Shown here in pieces: positions 1-13,557 of a DNA stretch of 64,000 nt. Source of the stretch: Leucoraja ocellata (taxonomy: Eukaryota); NCBI GenBank assembly GCA_036785375.1, contig JAWMAR010000276.1:1922001-1986000 (forward strand), written 5' to 3'. The notes under the pieces were generated by a model, which was given only the letters and a program-made list of their open reading frames with translations, searched no databases and was not told where the DNA came from. A program made the translations under genes and the position numbers. How positions within the stretch are numbered: position 1 is the first letter of the stretch; every line of letters begins with the position of its first letter.

Positions 1-3000
1 TCGTTCAACCTCGCCTTTATGGGGAATGAGATAAAAGTATATTCACCGATTATTTCCCTCAAAGGTCTTGGCTCCAAACCAATTCCCACCCGTTGTCTTG
101 CCCCTTATTTCTCCAGATCTACCTGCATATTGTTAAGAGATACAAACATATCATCTGCATTAAACTGTAAGGTGGCGCCGAGCCCCGGTTACAGCGCTAA
201 ACGAACGAATCGGTCTGAAAATGCAAGGACAGACGGTGAAGTAGGAAATATTATCTGATGCATCCTTCCAAAGCTGCATCGTCCTCGCCTTGTCTTGGGG
301 AGGGGGAGGGGGGGGGAGGGGTAAATAACAATATTAAAAGCAGAATATTCCCCCATTTATCCAGTGTTGTAACTGAACAGAAAATAAGCGATGCACAAAA
401 CAACCGATAATGCAGAATTGTTTTTTTTTATTACCGGACACAATGTTTCAATTAGAAATTGAACATTCAGAACAAATTAGGAAGAAATCGAGCGAACACT
501 TCATCTTGAATTAAATGAGAGGACATTAAATCCTGATCATCGACGCTCTCTTTTAACCATTTGACATGGTGTTTTGAAACAATAGGGTCACCTTGACGTA
601 CCTTATTTACCTGCCTGCATGCGTTTCCTAACGGTGTATAATATTTATTAATGTAATTTTAGAGCAATGTTCTTTCCAATCATTCATCATTTGCATTTTC
701 AGATGGCCATTCGCTGCGCCCCTATATTTTCCTACGAAACTATAAATAAATTAACTGGCATTTGGTATTTAAAAGCGAAGAGACAAAGAGAGGCTTTGCA
801 CTTTAGGCTGAAACAGCAAAAATGCTTCTTTGTCATTTTTTCCCCAAGTATTCATCTGGTTTGTTAATAGTTCAACCTTTTTAAAGGTTTCACCACCACA
901 CATCTTGAGATCAATTCACAGGGTGATGTTTCGTGAGGGTACGTTTAAACTACAGGTTGGTGTAACACTGCAAAATCGCCATCCACTCTTAGATAATGTG
1001 CATTCCTGCTTCGATTAATACCCCACCCTCCCCCTCCCCACGCCCCGAAATTCTGCGGTTCATCGGAGAGTGCAGTAAGTGCATGAATACAATAACTTCA
1101 CGTCCGCTGCTCTATCACACAAAATGGCCATAAACCAAGCCTGGATATAGACTTTGACAAGCTCAATATATAGATGCAGACAAATCATGAAGTCTTATCA
1201 TTAAAAAAATAACATCGGAAGCAATAACATTTAAAGTGACAGGAAAGCACCATGGAAATGAATCAAATTTGTAGAGTCGGTTTTGGAAATCGTCTCGTCT
1301 GAAGGAGTTTTTGTGAACATCTTCACAATGTGAAAGGAGTTTTCTCCCTGATCAGCTGCGGGCATGTTACCGAGGCAGCATAGATATTCTGAATACTTCC
1401 TTTCACATTGATAACTGAATACATTCTGTAGTCAATCAATACAATTCCCCTCAAAAATATTTTCCTTTATTTAACCATGTGAATGTCTTCTACCTTCTAG
1501 GGATAGATTTTAATGCAATTTTTAATCTTTCATATCGCAAATATTTGTTTTGCCCAATCATTTTTATTACAGTGAAACAAAATGAAAACATATTTACACA
1601 TTTGAACGACATTGTCTTTCTCTTCATCATTCTCCACTCACCCGGTCTTACTGAACCCGGGGGTGTTCCCTCTCCTCAGTGTGTTCCATATATCATCCCA
1701 CCCTATCATCAAATATCTCCGCTTCCAACCCCACCTGTCTCTTTTTATCTGTCCCTCCCTTTGTCTGTCTCTCACTGGAGTTTGGGGATCAGACTTATTC
1801 AGTAAGTGTCTGCGCTTCGGTCGGGCACGAGCGAGGTCAGGGCCTTTTACCGAATAAATTAGGTTCGAAGCCCGATTGCTTCCCTTCGCGAAAGAGCTTG
1901 AAAATGTTTGAAATCAGACGGGTCTTTTTAATTCTCCAAAAAGGACCAGGATTGCAAGGAGCCGGAAGCTCGCAAATTGCCACGTACTGGTCCGCCACAA
2001 AACGCTTGCTCTGTGACAGATCAGTAATAGCAGTGACAAAGACAAGTCGAACATGGGCCATTTATTCTGGTTGGGGCGAGGGTGCAAATATTGCCGAGAG
2101 GGATTTGGTGCTGTTTGCTGCAGAAATATTTTGACAGAACACGGGACCAACCGGGTTTAAGTGAAAAATCAAGACAAGATTATAGACAAAAATAGTGGTG
2201 GATGGAATGGAACATAATGTCAATTTAATGGCGTATAAATTCGGTGTGAATGCAGGGCCGGGGGTGGTGTATGCGAGGACTGGGTTTGCTCTTGTCACCA
2301 GAGACAAGGAGTGTAACTGGAGAAGGAGACAGACATCCGATCTAAATCTCCTCAATGTGCATTTCTGTGTACATCTCGGTACATCTCTCTGATCTCCAGC
2401 TTCCTCCAGTCCTACCCTGCATCAAACCCTCCCTGCCCCACCCCACCCCGCCCGCCCGCTCTGCATCCCTCTGCAGTGAAGCATGTTTGATCACTCATTC
2501 AGATGAGACTATCTGGGGGCGGAGAGGGGATTTTAAACGGCAGGTTGCCACGAAGTTTTAACTCGTTCATAACTACCCACCCGGCATCTACAACAAGAGC
2601 CGAGTACTGGGAAATACTCCACAAGCCCAGCAGCATTTGTGCAGCAGAAACCAAGTGCCCAAGTAACAGTGAAATGGTTTCACTGTTCGGTGTTGTGAGC
2701 CCAAACTGCCAAAGCCTCTGCAGAACCCGATAAGGGGGAGAGGGGGGAAGGGTTCAGGCTGTCACCTACACATGCCACACCCTACAGAATCGTTGAAGCG
2801 GCGCAAAAGAAAGTGGAGCTACAAATGGGCACCACGTTTGTATTCAGACCTAAAATCCGCGGTTTCCGCGCCATTTCACGAATGGACCCGGCTCCTTTGC
2901 TCGAAGCAGTGAATCACCTGCTTCGGCCCCGCCAGATTATTTTAGATTCCCGATGCAACGAGTTCTCGGTTTTAACGCGACATTTAAAATGTGTGGATAT

Positions 3001-3562
3001 GTTGTTTTAAATCTACACAACCCTTTTCCTCTTTTGGAAATATTCTGTGAAAATAGAATAAAGGCTTGTTTGGAGGTCGAGAAAGCTCGTGTTTGGTCTG
3101 CAGGGTCCCAAACATTGGATAGAAGTTGTTCGGTGATGTAACGCCATCGCAGAGGCTGGGAGGGGCGGGAGCCGGAGACAATTGCAGACACCACCATTGT
3201 AGCCGCGCTCACACTGTTGGATACTTTAAACATTGGCATTTAGAGGATAACTTCACTTTCAGCAATGTAAACATTTGCACAATAACAGTAATAGTAGGTT
3301 GTTCAGACACAACACATACTGCCGTTTCCTAAGCTCCTATACGTTATAAATTCACGGGAATTCGTTTGATTTCTTGCTAGCTTTAATTTCGCCGCATCTC
3401 CCAGTTTTATAGAAGGGCCACGTTCAATGATATTTGCAATGTAACTGCGTGGACGATGGAGTAATGAGGCACTGGGTCAGAGTGGGGTGTTAGCAACCAT
3501 CTGTAATTCCGCCGTGGTTAGACACACACTCAATTTCTCTTTCAAATGTTTTCTCTTTTTAG

Positions 3563-3736
3563 CCTCGTGAGCTGTAAATTACTGCGACTGCACTTATCAA
3601 CGAGCAGAGACCGCGTCCGAACCATGTTGTTAGGAATTACTGCCAGTGACCAGTGCCCATCAAACGTGAGCGAATTGGAGATCCTCAGAGAGGCATTCTG
3701 TTTTGCGATCAATTTCATCCTCTTAAATGTTACAAG
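3563..3736 (+). other. Candidate exon of the miRNA host transcript
   Basis: Strong acceptor ttttctctttttag and donor AAG|gtaagc. 174 nt of unique sequence with no recognisable protein. Confidence 0.4.
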
Positions 3737-4625
3737 GTAAGCAGGTCCTCCTTTCCGTACTCGGTTTTAAAACGTTAATCCGATGATGCAGTTTATGGAT
3801 AATTGAACAGTGCAGCACTGGCCTCCGGTGATAAACAGATGTCTAAGCATAACATGCCCGCTCTCTCTCTCTTATGTGTATGGCGAATCGCCATTCCGAA
3901 CGGAGCTGACGCTCACGATAAAGCCGAAACTCACTCCCCCCCCCCCCCCTCTCTCTCTCTCTATCTCTCCCAAAAAGATGAATTGAAAAAAATCCAATTT
4001 TTGATTTGGTAGCTGTTTGTCTGTTTGGGTCAGGGGATGCGAAGAAGTTATCGAATCAAGAACGATATACTTCAAGGGCGGATAAAACACAGAGTGCTGG
4101 AGTAACTCGTTGGGTCAGGTAGCATCGATGGAGGACAAGGACAGGTGAGATTTGGATCCCGAATCCTTCTTTAGACGTCGCCTGACCGTTCCCTCCACTG
4201 ACCCGCTGAATTACTCCAACATTGCAGCATCTGCAGTTCAGGGTGCCTCTAATTTAAGGGCGGAACGGACTTGTTGGGCCGAATGGCTTCCCCTGGCTGC
4301 GATATTACTTCTCACATTGCTGAGGGATATTGTATCAGGGGCCCATTCACTGTCCAAGAGTCTGTCTCCACAGTCAATATCGCGGGGTTTGGCGGGGTAA
4401 TGCAATAATCCTTTCCCCATTTGAAACCCGACTCGTAAATTGGAAAAATCATTCCTAAAATCAAATGATGTATAATCTCCAAATGGTATTCACAAGTAGG
4501 AGGGGTTTACTATATAGTTACCGATGTGTCCTATTTAAATAGTTGTAGTATTGATATTTACGTACCATGAAGATGGAACAACATGGGGAGAAAATGGTAA
4601 CAAAACTCAGACATCTAATCATATT

Positions 4626-4747
4626 TGAAGAAGGGTTTCAGCCCGAAACGTTGCCTATTTCCTTCGCTCCATAGATGCTGCCTCACCCGCTGAGTTGCTC
4701 CATCATTTTTGTCTACCTTCGATTTTCCAGCATTTGCAGTTCCTTCT
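4626..4747 (+). mobile_element. Penelope-derived mini-element
   Basis: TGAAGAAGGGTTTCAGCCCGAAACGTTG...GCAGTTCCTTC, with TSD TAATCATATT. Confidence 0.75.
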
Positions 4748-5419
4748 TAATCATATTCTCCAATCTTTGGTGGAAAAAGTGCTACTAGTTTAAATAGACA
4801 TCCTCTCCCACCTCCTTCCTCCACATCTCATATGACTCACTCAATCACGTCAGAAAAATAGTGCATGGCCCCGGTTGTATTGCTTATTAATAACCGGCCG
4901 TCTTTTTAATTCACCCCTATCATAATCAAAACTACACACACGCACAAATCACACAAACCAGAGCAATTTAATGATGTATATTAAAAAAAACCTTCCTTCA
5001 AATAATACCCTGTGGCATTCGTTTAAAAAATATTTTTTTCGTTTAAAAAAACGTTCAAATAATACTCTGTGGCATTCAAAATAACAACTTACATAAACCA
5101 TGGGTCCTCAACACTAGACACAATTTGGACATCCAGTATTTGTAGTTAATATGTTTTCATAGTAACAAATATATTTTTAGAACCAATCTGAATTCACATC
5201 AACTACCTACCTAATCCGGTAATTTTAGAATCCATGGACTTTTGCCCGATCAGTCATTTTGGCTAAATTATATACTGAACGAAATTCTCACAGGCATCAT
5301 ATTGACATTGAAGTAAACCTGATTGTCATAGGTATGTCACCACGCAAAGAATGTTTCCTCTGAATCGCGAAATGTATTTATAAGCAATGAAATATAGAGC
5401 ATAGTTTCACAAGATGAGA

Positions 5420-5775
5420 TAGAAACATAGACAAATCGGTGCAGGAGTAAACCGTTCGGCCCTTCGAGCCGGCACCGACATTCAATATGATCATAGGTAC
5501 ACAAAAATGCTGGATAAACTCAACGGGTGCAGCAGCATTTATGGAGCATAGATGCTGCTGCACCCACTGAGTTTCTCCAGCATTTTTGTGTACCTTCGAT
5601 TTTCCAGCATCTGCAGTTCCTTCTTAAACATTCAATATGATCATGGCTGATCATCCTCAATCAGTACCCCGTTCCTGCTTTCTCTCCATATCCCTTGAAT
5701 CCTTTAGCCGTAAGAGCTAAATCTAACTTTATGTTGAAAACATGTTGAATTGGCCACCACTGCCTTCTGTGGCCG
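5420..5775 (-). mobile_element. CR1 3' end (host of the 5495-5627 insertion)
   Basis: TAGAAACATAG tail, CCCTTCGAGCC and TGATCATGGCTGATC. Confidence 0.8.
5495..5627. mobile_element. Palindromic Penelope-derived mini-element inserted into a CR1 tail
   Basis: ~50-bp near-perfect inverted repeat at 5495-5595. Perfect 17-bp TSD ACATTCAATATGATCAT (5478-5494 / 5628-5644). Confidence 0.8.
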
Positions 5776-8700
5776 AGCAAGATGCTTTGGTGCAGAGCTG
5801 ACGGCCGACCTGTCGCCCTCCTCACGTTTCATTGCATCTCAGTCCCTCTGGCGCAGTCGTTCATCTATCTCTCGATTTCATTCTATTTTTTCCCCTATGT
5901 CCCTCTCTTGATGCGAGTCTGTGTTCCCCACTCTGCTGTTTCTATTTATTTGTTTTCCTCTTTGTCAATTTATCCTTTCTTTTCCTCTACCTCTTGTGCA
6001 TTTCTTTATTTCTCCCCCTCCCCACCCCGTTCTTTGTCCCTCTCCCCTGCATCTTTATGTTCCTCTCGCTCTGATCCCAGTTTGAGATCGATTACACCAG
6101 GAAATGCGACAAATTAGCGCTGCTTAGTGAGCCATTTAGGCGTCGGGAAAAAAAAAAATCACTTACAACATCCCTGCAGCGTGAGATCAATAATTTCTGA
6201 ACTTCGCCTTTTCAAAACGTACACAAAACTATAGCCGCGCTGCTGGGGGAGGGGCGGGAGCTAATGCACTGAATGTCGCAATCCTGCGGCATATCCTTGT
6301 CAATATGTTACTCCAGATGCTGGGTTATTTCAAGTACAGTGGAAAGACAGAGCGAAAGAGAGATTATAGATTAAAGGAGCCATCCACTCTACTCAAGGGC
6401 AGACGAAATGAATACATAGTACCAAGTGAATACATAACCTATTATGATTGTTAGGAACCAAAATATATAATAACCTTCTCACTATATCTATGTAACCGCA
6501 TCTTTGTCATTACCAACGGATCATCCATCGGCTGCATGTAGCTAGATTGATTGAAAAAAAAGTTTAAGATATGATTATTACAAATATTAATTAATCAAAG
6601 ACGGGTTTCATCTAAATACATACAGCTAGAGTAAAGATAGAAAGGTAAATACAAGAGGCAGATGACTAGACACACACAAGGACAGGTGCGTTTCCATTTC
6701 GGGAGGTGCAGATGGAGACAATGAACATCCGTGGCCAAACGAAAGGTTTGTTGTTTTATAATATTATCTGTTCTCACGCGATCCCATTAAACAAAAAATA
6801 ACCCCCCCCCCCCCCCCCAGCACAGGGGCTGATTATTCGAATGCATTCAGAGTACACAAACAATTACAATTCAGCAATCAACACATGGATACTCTGATGC
6901 TATTTAGTAACAAGTATATCAGAACCCACTCTAACCAACTGGGAAGCAGAATGTGAGCCAGATCGTGAATGATCATCAGAATTAAGTTATTGGTTATTTG
7001 GTCTACCCCTGTCCCCCGTTTCTTTACTTCGAGGCGCGTTTCATTATTCCCGGGATTATCTAATTCTTAGAGTGTGCACAATTCTTCCTAGAATTTCGTT
7101 TTTTCAAATCTGCATTGCGTTATTCCTGGAAATTCGATATTCCAGGCGGCTTTAAAGACTCGTGGAATCCTACCATTATAGGGATGCGATGTGTTGATCT
7201 TGGAATGCCGTTATTCCAAATCTGTACTTTGTTATTCTTGAAATTTCGTTATTCCAGGATGCCCTCATTATTTGTGCGATTTCTTTATCTCGGGGCTGAG
7301 TTTTGACCACACCTACAGTTTACATAGACTGTGTACATGGTTGAAGAGCTGGAATCGGATATTTGTTTATTGCATGTGGGGAGACAGTGTGCATTTAATT
7401 CAAACATTAATGTTGAAAAAAAATAAAACAAGGCTATTTTAGGTGAAATTGGCCGAGTTTGCAATCTGGTGCATTTAACAAACGCAGATTTCAGATGAAA
7501 GAAGGGAGTCGTGCTCCTCCAAACTCAGAGCCAGGAGACGTATCAGATCATCGACAAAGGGGCAGCGTCGTAATGGAAAGGGGTATTGGTGGTCGCCGCA
7601 GTCAGGTTATCGATTAAAGTCCCAGATAGAAATTGCAGACAAAAAACATGAAATGTCAACGGGTTTTGTTTTTAGTTTGTTACCTTCCTGAGGAGGTCGG
7701 AATCCGTAATTTGGTGTCATTACAATATTTCGCTAAACGCTAGATCAGAATACATTGTCAAAATGAGTCGAGACAGCTGGGAAGAGAGGCAGGGCGCCCG
7801 AATCCTAGAGGATTTAAGCAAAAAAAGATTTAAAATCCAGGGACACGCGGATAGATAGGTCCGGCTAATCCGGAGACATCGGATTATTCACTTGTTGGGT
7901 GAGAGATTAATATTTCCAATTGCATCTAAAACTAGCAAGAGAAAAACGAATTCAAAAACATCAAAGGAGAGAAACGTGGCGTGCCAAATTCTCAGATATT
8001 TATCTCTTTAAAATTATCAGTTCATTAAATTATTTTTAATGTACGTTTACAATCGGGTCCCTGGCGTGAGAAAGTCTGAAATTGGAACTAGAACGTTTAA
8101 TAGTTGACCTTTCTCCGTCCATGGCTTCGTAGGCTGTTCCTAGTTTTGGTCGAAGCGACGTAGCTGATATAATTTAGACAAAAATCAACGGTTAAATATA
8201 TTCGCGAGGAAACCGCTTATATCCCGTGGGTTCAAGGATAGAAACTATTTAACGGACAAAACAAAACTGTGGTTTGTATTTTGTAAATACGAAGCTTTAC
8301 AATTTGTAAATATAAATCCATCTTCAGAAGGTCGAGATAAAATGTTTGGGCACATCTTCCAAATGTCAACATTGAGATTTAATCCTTTAATTTCGCTGCA
8401 TTAATTTCCCTTTGGTTTTCAACGACATACTCTGAACTGCAAATCTTCAACTCGATACATTTGCTCTTTACATCAACAGGGGAACGGAGGGAGGCGGGCT
8501 CGTTGCATTTCGTTTAATTGCGACTTTCCCTTTTGCGCTGGGAGGCGGCAAACACACCTCAAGGTCGAACATCAAAGTTGTCTTCAGGTAGACGGAGCCA
8601 ATAGGCTGCGTTTGGTGCAATGCAGTCGGCAGCCACCCCACCCCGAGCTAGGGGCCGACCTCCGGTACTCCGCCCCCCCCCCCCCCCCCCCCACACACAC

Positions 8701-10814
8701 ACCCTCCCCACTAGACACTGTCTCCTCGTTACAATAAAGCCTGCACCAGTACATTTGCCGCATAAACCAGCGCTGACAAAACACGGCGCCTCCTAACCCC
8801 CTCATATTGCCTCAAACACCACCGTTAGCAGTGGACCCATCAACCCTCGTCAATGAATCTTCTTCTGCGACTCTCGTTCGTGAGAGAGTTGAAGAAGGGT
8901 CCCAACCCGAAACGCACCCTGTCCATTCCCACCACGGATGCTGCTTGACCCACTGAGTTCCTCCAGCACTGTGTTTGGCTCAATGTCCCATCATTTGCAA
9001 TCCCTCCTGTCTCTGCTTCACTTGCGCCACTGATCCTGCGACTCCCCCGCCACTTGGCTCCACCTGATTTCACCACGTACCCTCGCCTGGAAAAACACGT
9101 TCTCGTTCCCAGAACAGGGGTTGGTCTGACTGCGAACCGAAGCGAGTTGTTGGCTGGGCATGCATTCAGGAGAGGGTCAAACTATTCCGCTATTCCTCCC
9201 GCTGCAAGTCGGGCTGCCTCCCACTTCCCCCATTGTCGCCTTGAGCTGCCAAAGTCCTCTGGTGTCTCGGCAGCATCTTTGGCTACGCCAAGTCTTTGAT
9301 CAACTGTAACGCCGCTGGCAGGGCAGCTCCCCTTCCTTTTCTGCCTTCAAATCTCTCTCCCTGTGAGTCTGGAGAATTTTTGCTCGGTTCAGTCAAACAC
9401 CTTCACAATGTTCATCTTCGTTGTGATTCAGACCTTTTACTCGAGACTCAAAACAAATATAGTTGACTTACTCTGAGATTGAGCCTAATTCCACCAACAC
9501 TCTCTGAGACTCTGGTGACCACATTTCTATGAGATATAGATAAGGTTAGTTTATCCTGGCATCATGCTAGGCAGACATTGTAGCTGAAGGGTCTGTTCCT
9601 ACCCTGCACTGCTATATATTCTAATTTCCTCTATCCTCTCGTGTTTACCTGAATTCACTTATTCTTTCTACCTGGATTCAGGTGGCTTTATCTCAGAATT
9701 GGATGTTGCACTGGTCTGACTAGCAGCAGAGTTGGTAGACAAAAATGCTGGAGAAACTCAGCGGGCGAGGCAGCATCTATCTGTTGTGTATCTCTTGAGA
9801 ATTGCCACCCCTCCCAACAGACATCACCGGCTTTCCTCTCGTAACGGTTCTGATCTTAAGAGGGGGGGAAAAAGGTATAATTTTCACTAGCTATGATTAC
9901 AGTAAATGATTGGGTTTGCAAACTGATGTACAACCATAATGATTTTCCAACTTGGGTTAGTTACAATAACATATGCACAGGAAATTATGGATAAAATAAA
10001 TTAATATTTAGCATTTGGATGTCACTGACAAGGCGAGGATTTCTTATACATCTCTAAATGCCCTTGAACTGAGTGGCTTACTTAGCCTTTACATAATCAA
10101 CCACTTTGTCTGAAGATACTCCAGACTCAGCCAGTAATGAAGTAAGAATGATAGATTTCCGTCTTGGAATGTCATTTGTGAATGAAATGAAATGTTACAT
10201 TTCAGAAGTTGTGTGAATGTCAATGCTACAGATGTTTTTTGTTAACATGACCTTATTAACTGAATTTCGCAGGCAACATTGTGGGATTTGTAGTTAAATG
10301 TCTGAATTGTTAATCGAGGCAAACAATATAGACGTAACTTAGCCAAAATTCTACCAATATAATGCACAATAGCCAATTAGGAGACTCATTAAAGAATTTA
10401 CTGTCGATCTGCAAAAGGGATTAAGCTGCCCCCTTTTGATTTTTTTTTACAATAAATGTGAAGATAAATGGACAGTTTTGCAGCAGGTAAAACATTCTAA
10501 AGCAACTTTTCAGGCAGATTAATTAATTTAGTCAATTCATTCAAGGTTTATATTATTGATACCAGTATGTTCAAAGAATTTAAAGTGAATTTTATGTCAA
10601 CCATAAAATGGTGCATGGAAGTTGTTCTGACTAAAGGTACAAAATTAACTGCAAGAAGAAATTGGTCATTAATCAGTATTTTACAGAGAGAATTGGTGTA
10701 TATTGAAAAAAACTAAATATGTGTAGGGGTGTGGGGGAAGCAGGAGAGAGGCAGTAATTGGTTGACTTTTCCATACAACTGTCCGAATGTTGAGCTCAAA
10801 GATCTTCCTGAAAG

Positions 10815-10849
<35 letters not shown>
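10815..10849. repeat. Poly-C tract (35 nt)
   Basis: Directly visible. Shorter C tracts occur at ~3936, ~6802 and ~8673. Confidence 0.9.
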
Positions 10850-12544
10850 TTGCAGAATCCCACATATGGGAGCTGCAATTTTAGAACACTGTAATTTTCA
10901 CATATTTTAAATTCTGGAAGGAAAGGTGGCAAGGGAAATAGAATAAGGACACTAATTTCTTGGCACAGTTTCCCAAAACCTCTGGCTCTGCCTCCAAATA
11001 AATCTATTGTCTAGCATATCAGACCATTAACCTGATTTACTCACAAGAGCAAAAGGATGTTTTTTCCACCCAGATAGGTGCCAATGCCTGCCTTGGATTA
11101 AAAGAGGTTTGACCTGCCATGTTTTCTATGCTTATTAATTACTCGCCGACAATGGCTTTCAGTGTTTGTAACTGTGACATTTATTATGTGGATCATAATG
11201 TGTGTCACTGACTTCAGGGAAGGATGTAATATATAGGAAGCCTGGAGATTCTCAAAGCAGGTTAGGCTGTGGTGATACAGACAGAGACTGTGTGAATATT
11301 ATGGAGAAGAAGCCTTTTGCCTGTGGCATTTTACTTCTATTCTGAGTGAACAAATACTTAGCTTTGTGTTAGGGAGCTTCCACCACGCTCTTGATTATGT
11401 AACAATGCAAATGTATCATTGTGCGATTGTTCCTGCGTCGTTCCAAAAAGTTTGAGCAATTTATGGGAGGAACAAAAAGTGTGAAGAGAAGAGAGGGATT
11501 TACTGGTCATAGTGTATATGGACGAAGGTGGTGAAAGTTAGAACAATATTTCTCCTTTTCTCTTTGTGTTTGTATATACATGAATGTGTGGTGTGCTTGC
11601 TAATGTCATTATACTGTGATCTATGATCTTGTATTAATCTGAATACTCTGAGCGATAAATACCAAACAGATCCATTACTGGCCAACAGGAAGGAAATCAC
11701 AGTTGTTAATCCTTATGATGATGCAGCATCATATGTAAGCACACCACACAGGCAGTGTCCACAAAGGCACTCACACTGCAGGTCCATTCTGTCTAATTAT
11801 TTGCAACACATGTAATATTTTTGAGACTGCAAATTGTCTGTGGTAATTTTATACTGAGATCATTATGTCCTTTTCTCTCCTCCATCATCCTCACCCCCTG
11901 GTTCAGCTCCCTCTCCTTCTCCAGTTATGCTGCACTTTACATTGAACCACATCTCATGCATTGTTCTGTCAGTGGATATCTCCCAAAATCATTCGATTGA
12001 AACACAAATACTTTAATCCATGATATTCACATATTTATTGCCTCGTTCTCAAGAATGAAGGAATTAATAGACATTTGGACACATGGAAAGGCATGAACTA
12101 CTAGAAACCTGCATCTGCAATTCCTTTTTATTACATTTGAACACATACAGTATGTCAATAAGAAAGGTTTAGAGGGCTATTGGTCAAATGCAGGCGGGAA
12201 GCCTAATGTGGCAACTTGGTTGGCTTGGACAATAGATGCTGAAGGTCCTGTTTCTCTGCTGCATAGTTCACTGTCACAAATTCCTTAAATCGACCATGGC
12301 CACGTGTTGTCTGCAGAATATTCTCTGCCATTTGAAACAAATATCTTTATAATACCTCTGAAGGATTTAATCAACTACCAATTTTCTGCACCAACCCCCA
12401 AGCTATCTCATTTCAATACCATTTTAAAGCCATGTTGCCTAGATATAATCATTTTCTTAATGAAGAAATATTAATTGTGGTAAATTGGCACTTCTGTTGT
12501 GCACTTGGGTGGGAGAGTCGAAAACTGTAGCATCATGTGAGGTT

Positions 12545-13300
12545 TAGAACACAGAGTGATAGAATTATACAGCACAGAAACGCACCCTTTGGCCCACCTT
12601 GTCCATGCTGACTTGATTCCCATCTCTGCTAATGCCATTTGCCCACATATGCGCCCATAGCCCTCTTTTCCTTTCCGATCCGTACCAGTCTAAAAGCCTT
12701 TTAAACTTGGCAATTATATCTGCCTGTTCCAATCTGCCTGATCTCAGTATAAAATGACCACAGACAATTTGCAGTCTCAAAAATATTACATGGTTCATTC
12801 TATACAACCACTGTACTCTCTGTAAAAAAATTGCCCATCAAATCTGCTTTCAAATTTCCTCTCTCACCTTAAACTGGTGCCCTCTAGCCGTAGACTTCCC
12901 AATCATGTGAAAAAAACAATTATAACTATCTTCACTATCTTTGCTCCTCACAAACTAAGGTCACACTTAGCCTCCTGAATTCCAGAGAGAGTAAACCCAG
13001 CCTATCTAAGCTCCCCTTATAACTAAAGCCCTCCATTCCAGGAAACATCTTCTGCACAGTTTCTAATGCAACCACAACTTTCCTGTATCTGGCGACCAGA
13101 ACTGTGCACAATATTCCATGTATGGCCTGACCAATGCTTTGTTAACATGATGTCCTTACAAGCCTTGGCCTATGATGGCAAATTTACCAAATGCCTTCTT
13201 GACTAAAGTGTCCATTTTCAGGTGCTATGAACTGTGTATCAATAAGCTTGAGGTCCCTGCAACGTACTGTACATGTCTTGTTTATATTTGATGTCCCAAA
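12545..13300 (-). mobile_element. Degenerate CR1 3' fragment
   Basis: Tail CAGCACAGAAACG...GGCCCA and a degenerate ORF2 end (AKFKRLLDWY). Confidence 0.65.
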
Positions 13301-13463
13301 CTGCGGATGCAATCTCCCAGTTGTCTGGATTTCCCTCACATTTGTTTATTCTTGCTTTAATCCAATGCTTAGTTCTGAGTTCAGACTCAAGAGAAAGTCT
13401 ACGATTTCTTTAATTTTTCAGCAGTTCACCCTTGGATCACATTCACGTCGCTTTCTTTTGCAG

Positions 13464-13557
13464 TTGAACTCTATAATCTGCTCTTTGCGAGTATGAGGAC
13501 TGTCGTGGAATCACCTTGGCTGTGGAACACCCTCCTTCACATCAATGTACTTTGCAG
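13464..13557 (+). other. Candidate non-coding exon of host transcript
   Basis: Acceptor ctttcttttgcag and donor CAG|gtaagg. Confidence 0.3.

Larger units (their letters stand above)
1..9300. promoter_or_regulatory. CpG-retaining domain, probable pri-miR-183/96/182 promoter/5' regulatory region
   Basis: CpG is visibly frequent up to ~9.3 kb and depleted afterwards. GC boxes at ~2515, ~3160, ~6250 and ~8490, CCAAT at ~8598, and OTX/CRX-type TAATCC/GGATTA at ~7866-7886. Lies upstream of the miRNA cluster. Confidence 0.55.

Noticed and set aside
4997-5077. 24-bp direct repeat TTCAAATAATAC(C/T)CTGTGGCATTC around a short A/T-rich filler
   Set aside because: It looks like a local repair or slippage duplication, and no element is identifiable.
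5495-5595. Long hairpin as a novel miRNA or DNA MITE
   Set aside because: The sequence is the Penelope-like 3' terminus found in many copies, and the TSD length is variable.
1-9300. UBE2H exons expected from mammalian synteny
   Set aside because: No ubiquitin-conjugating enzyme peptide was recognised; the gene is presumably outside the window.
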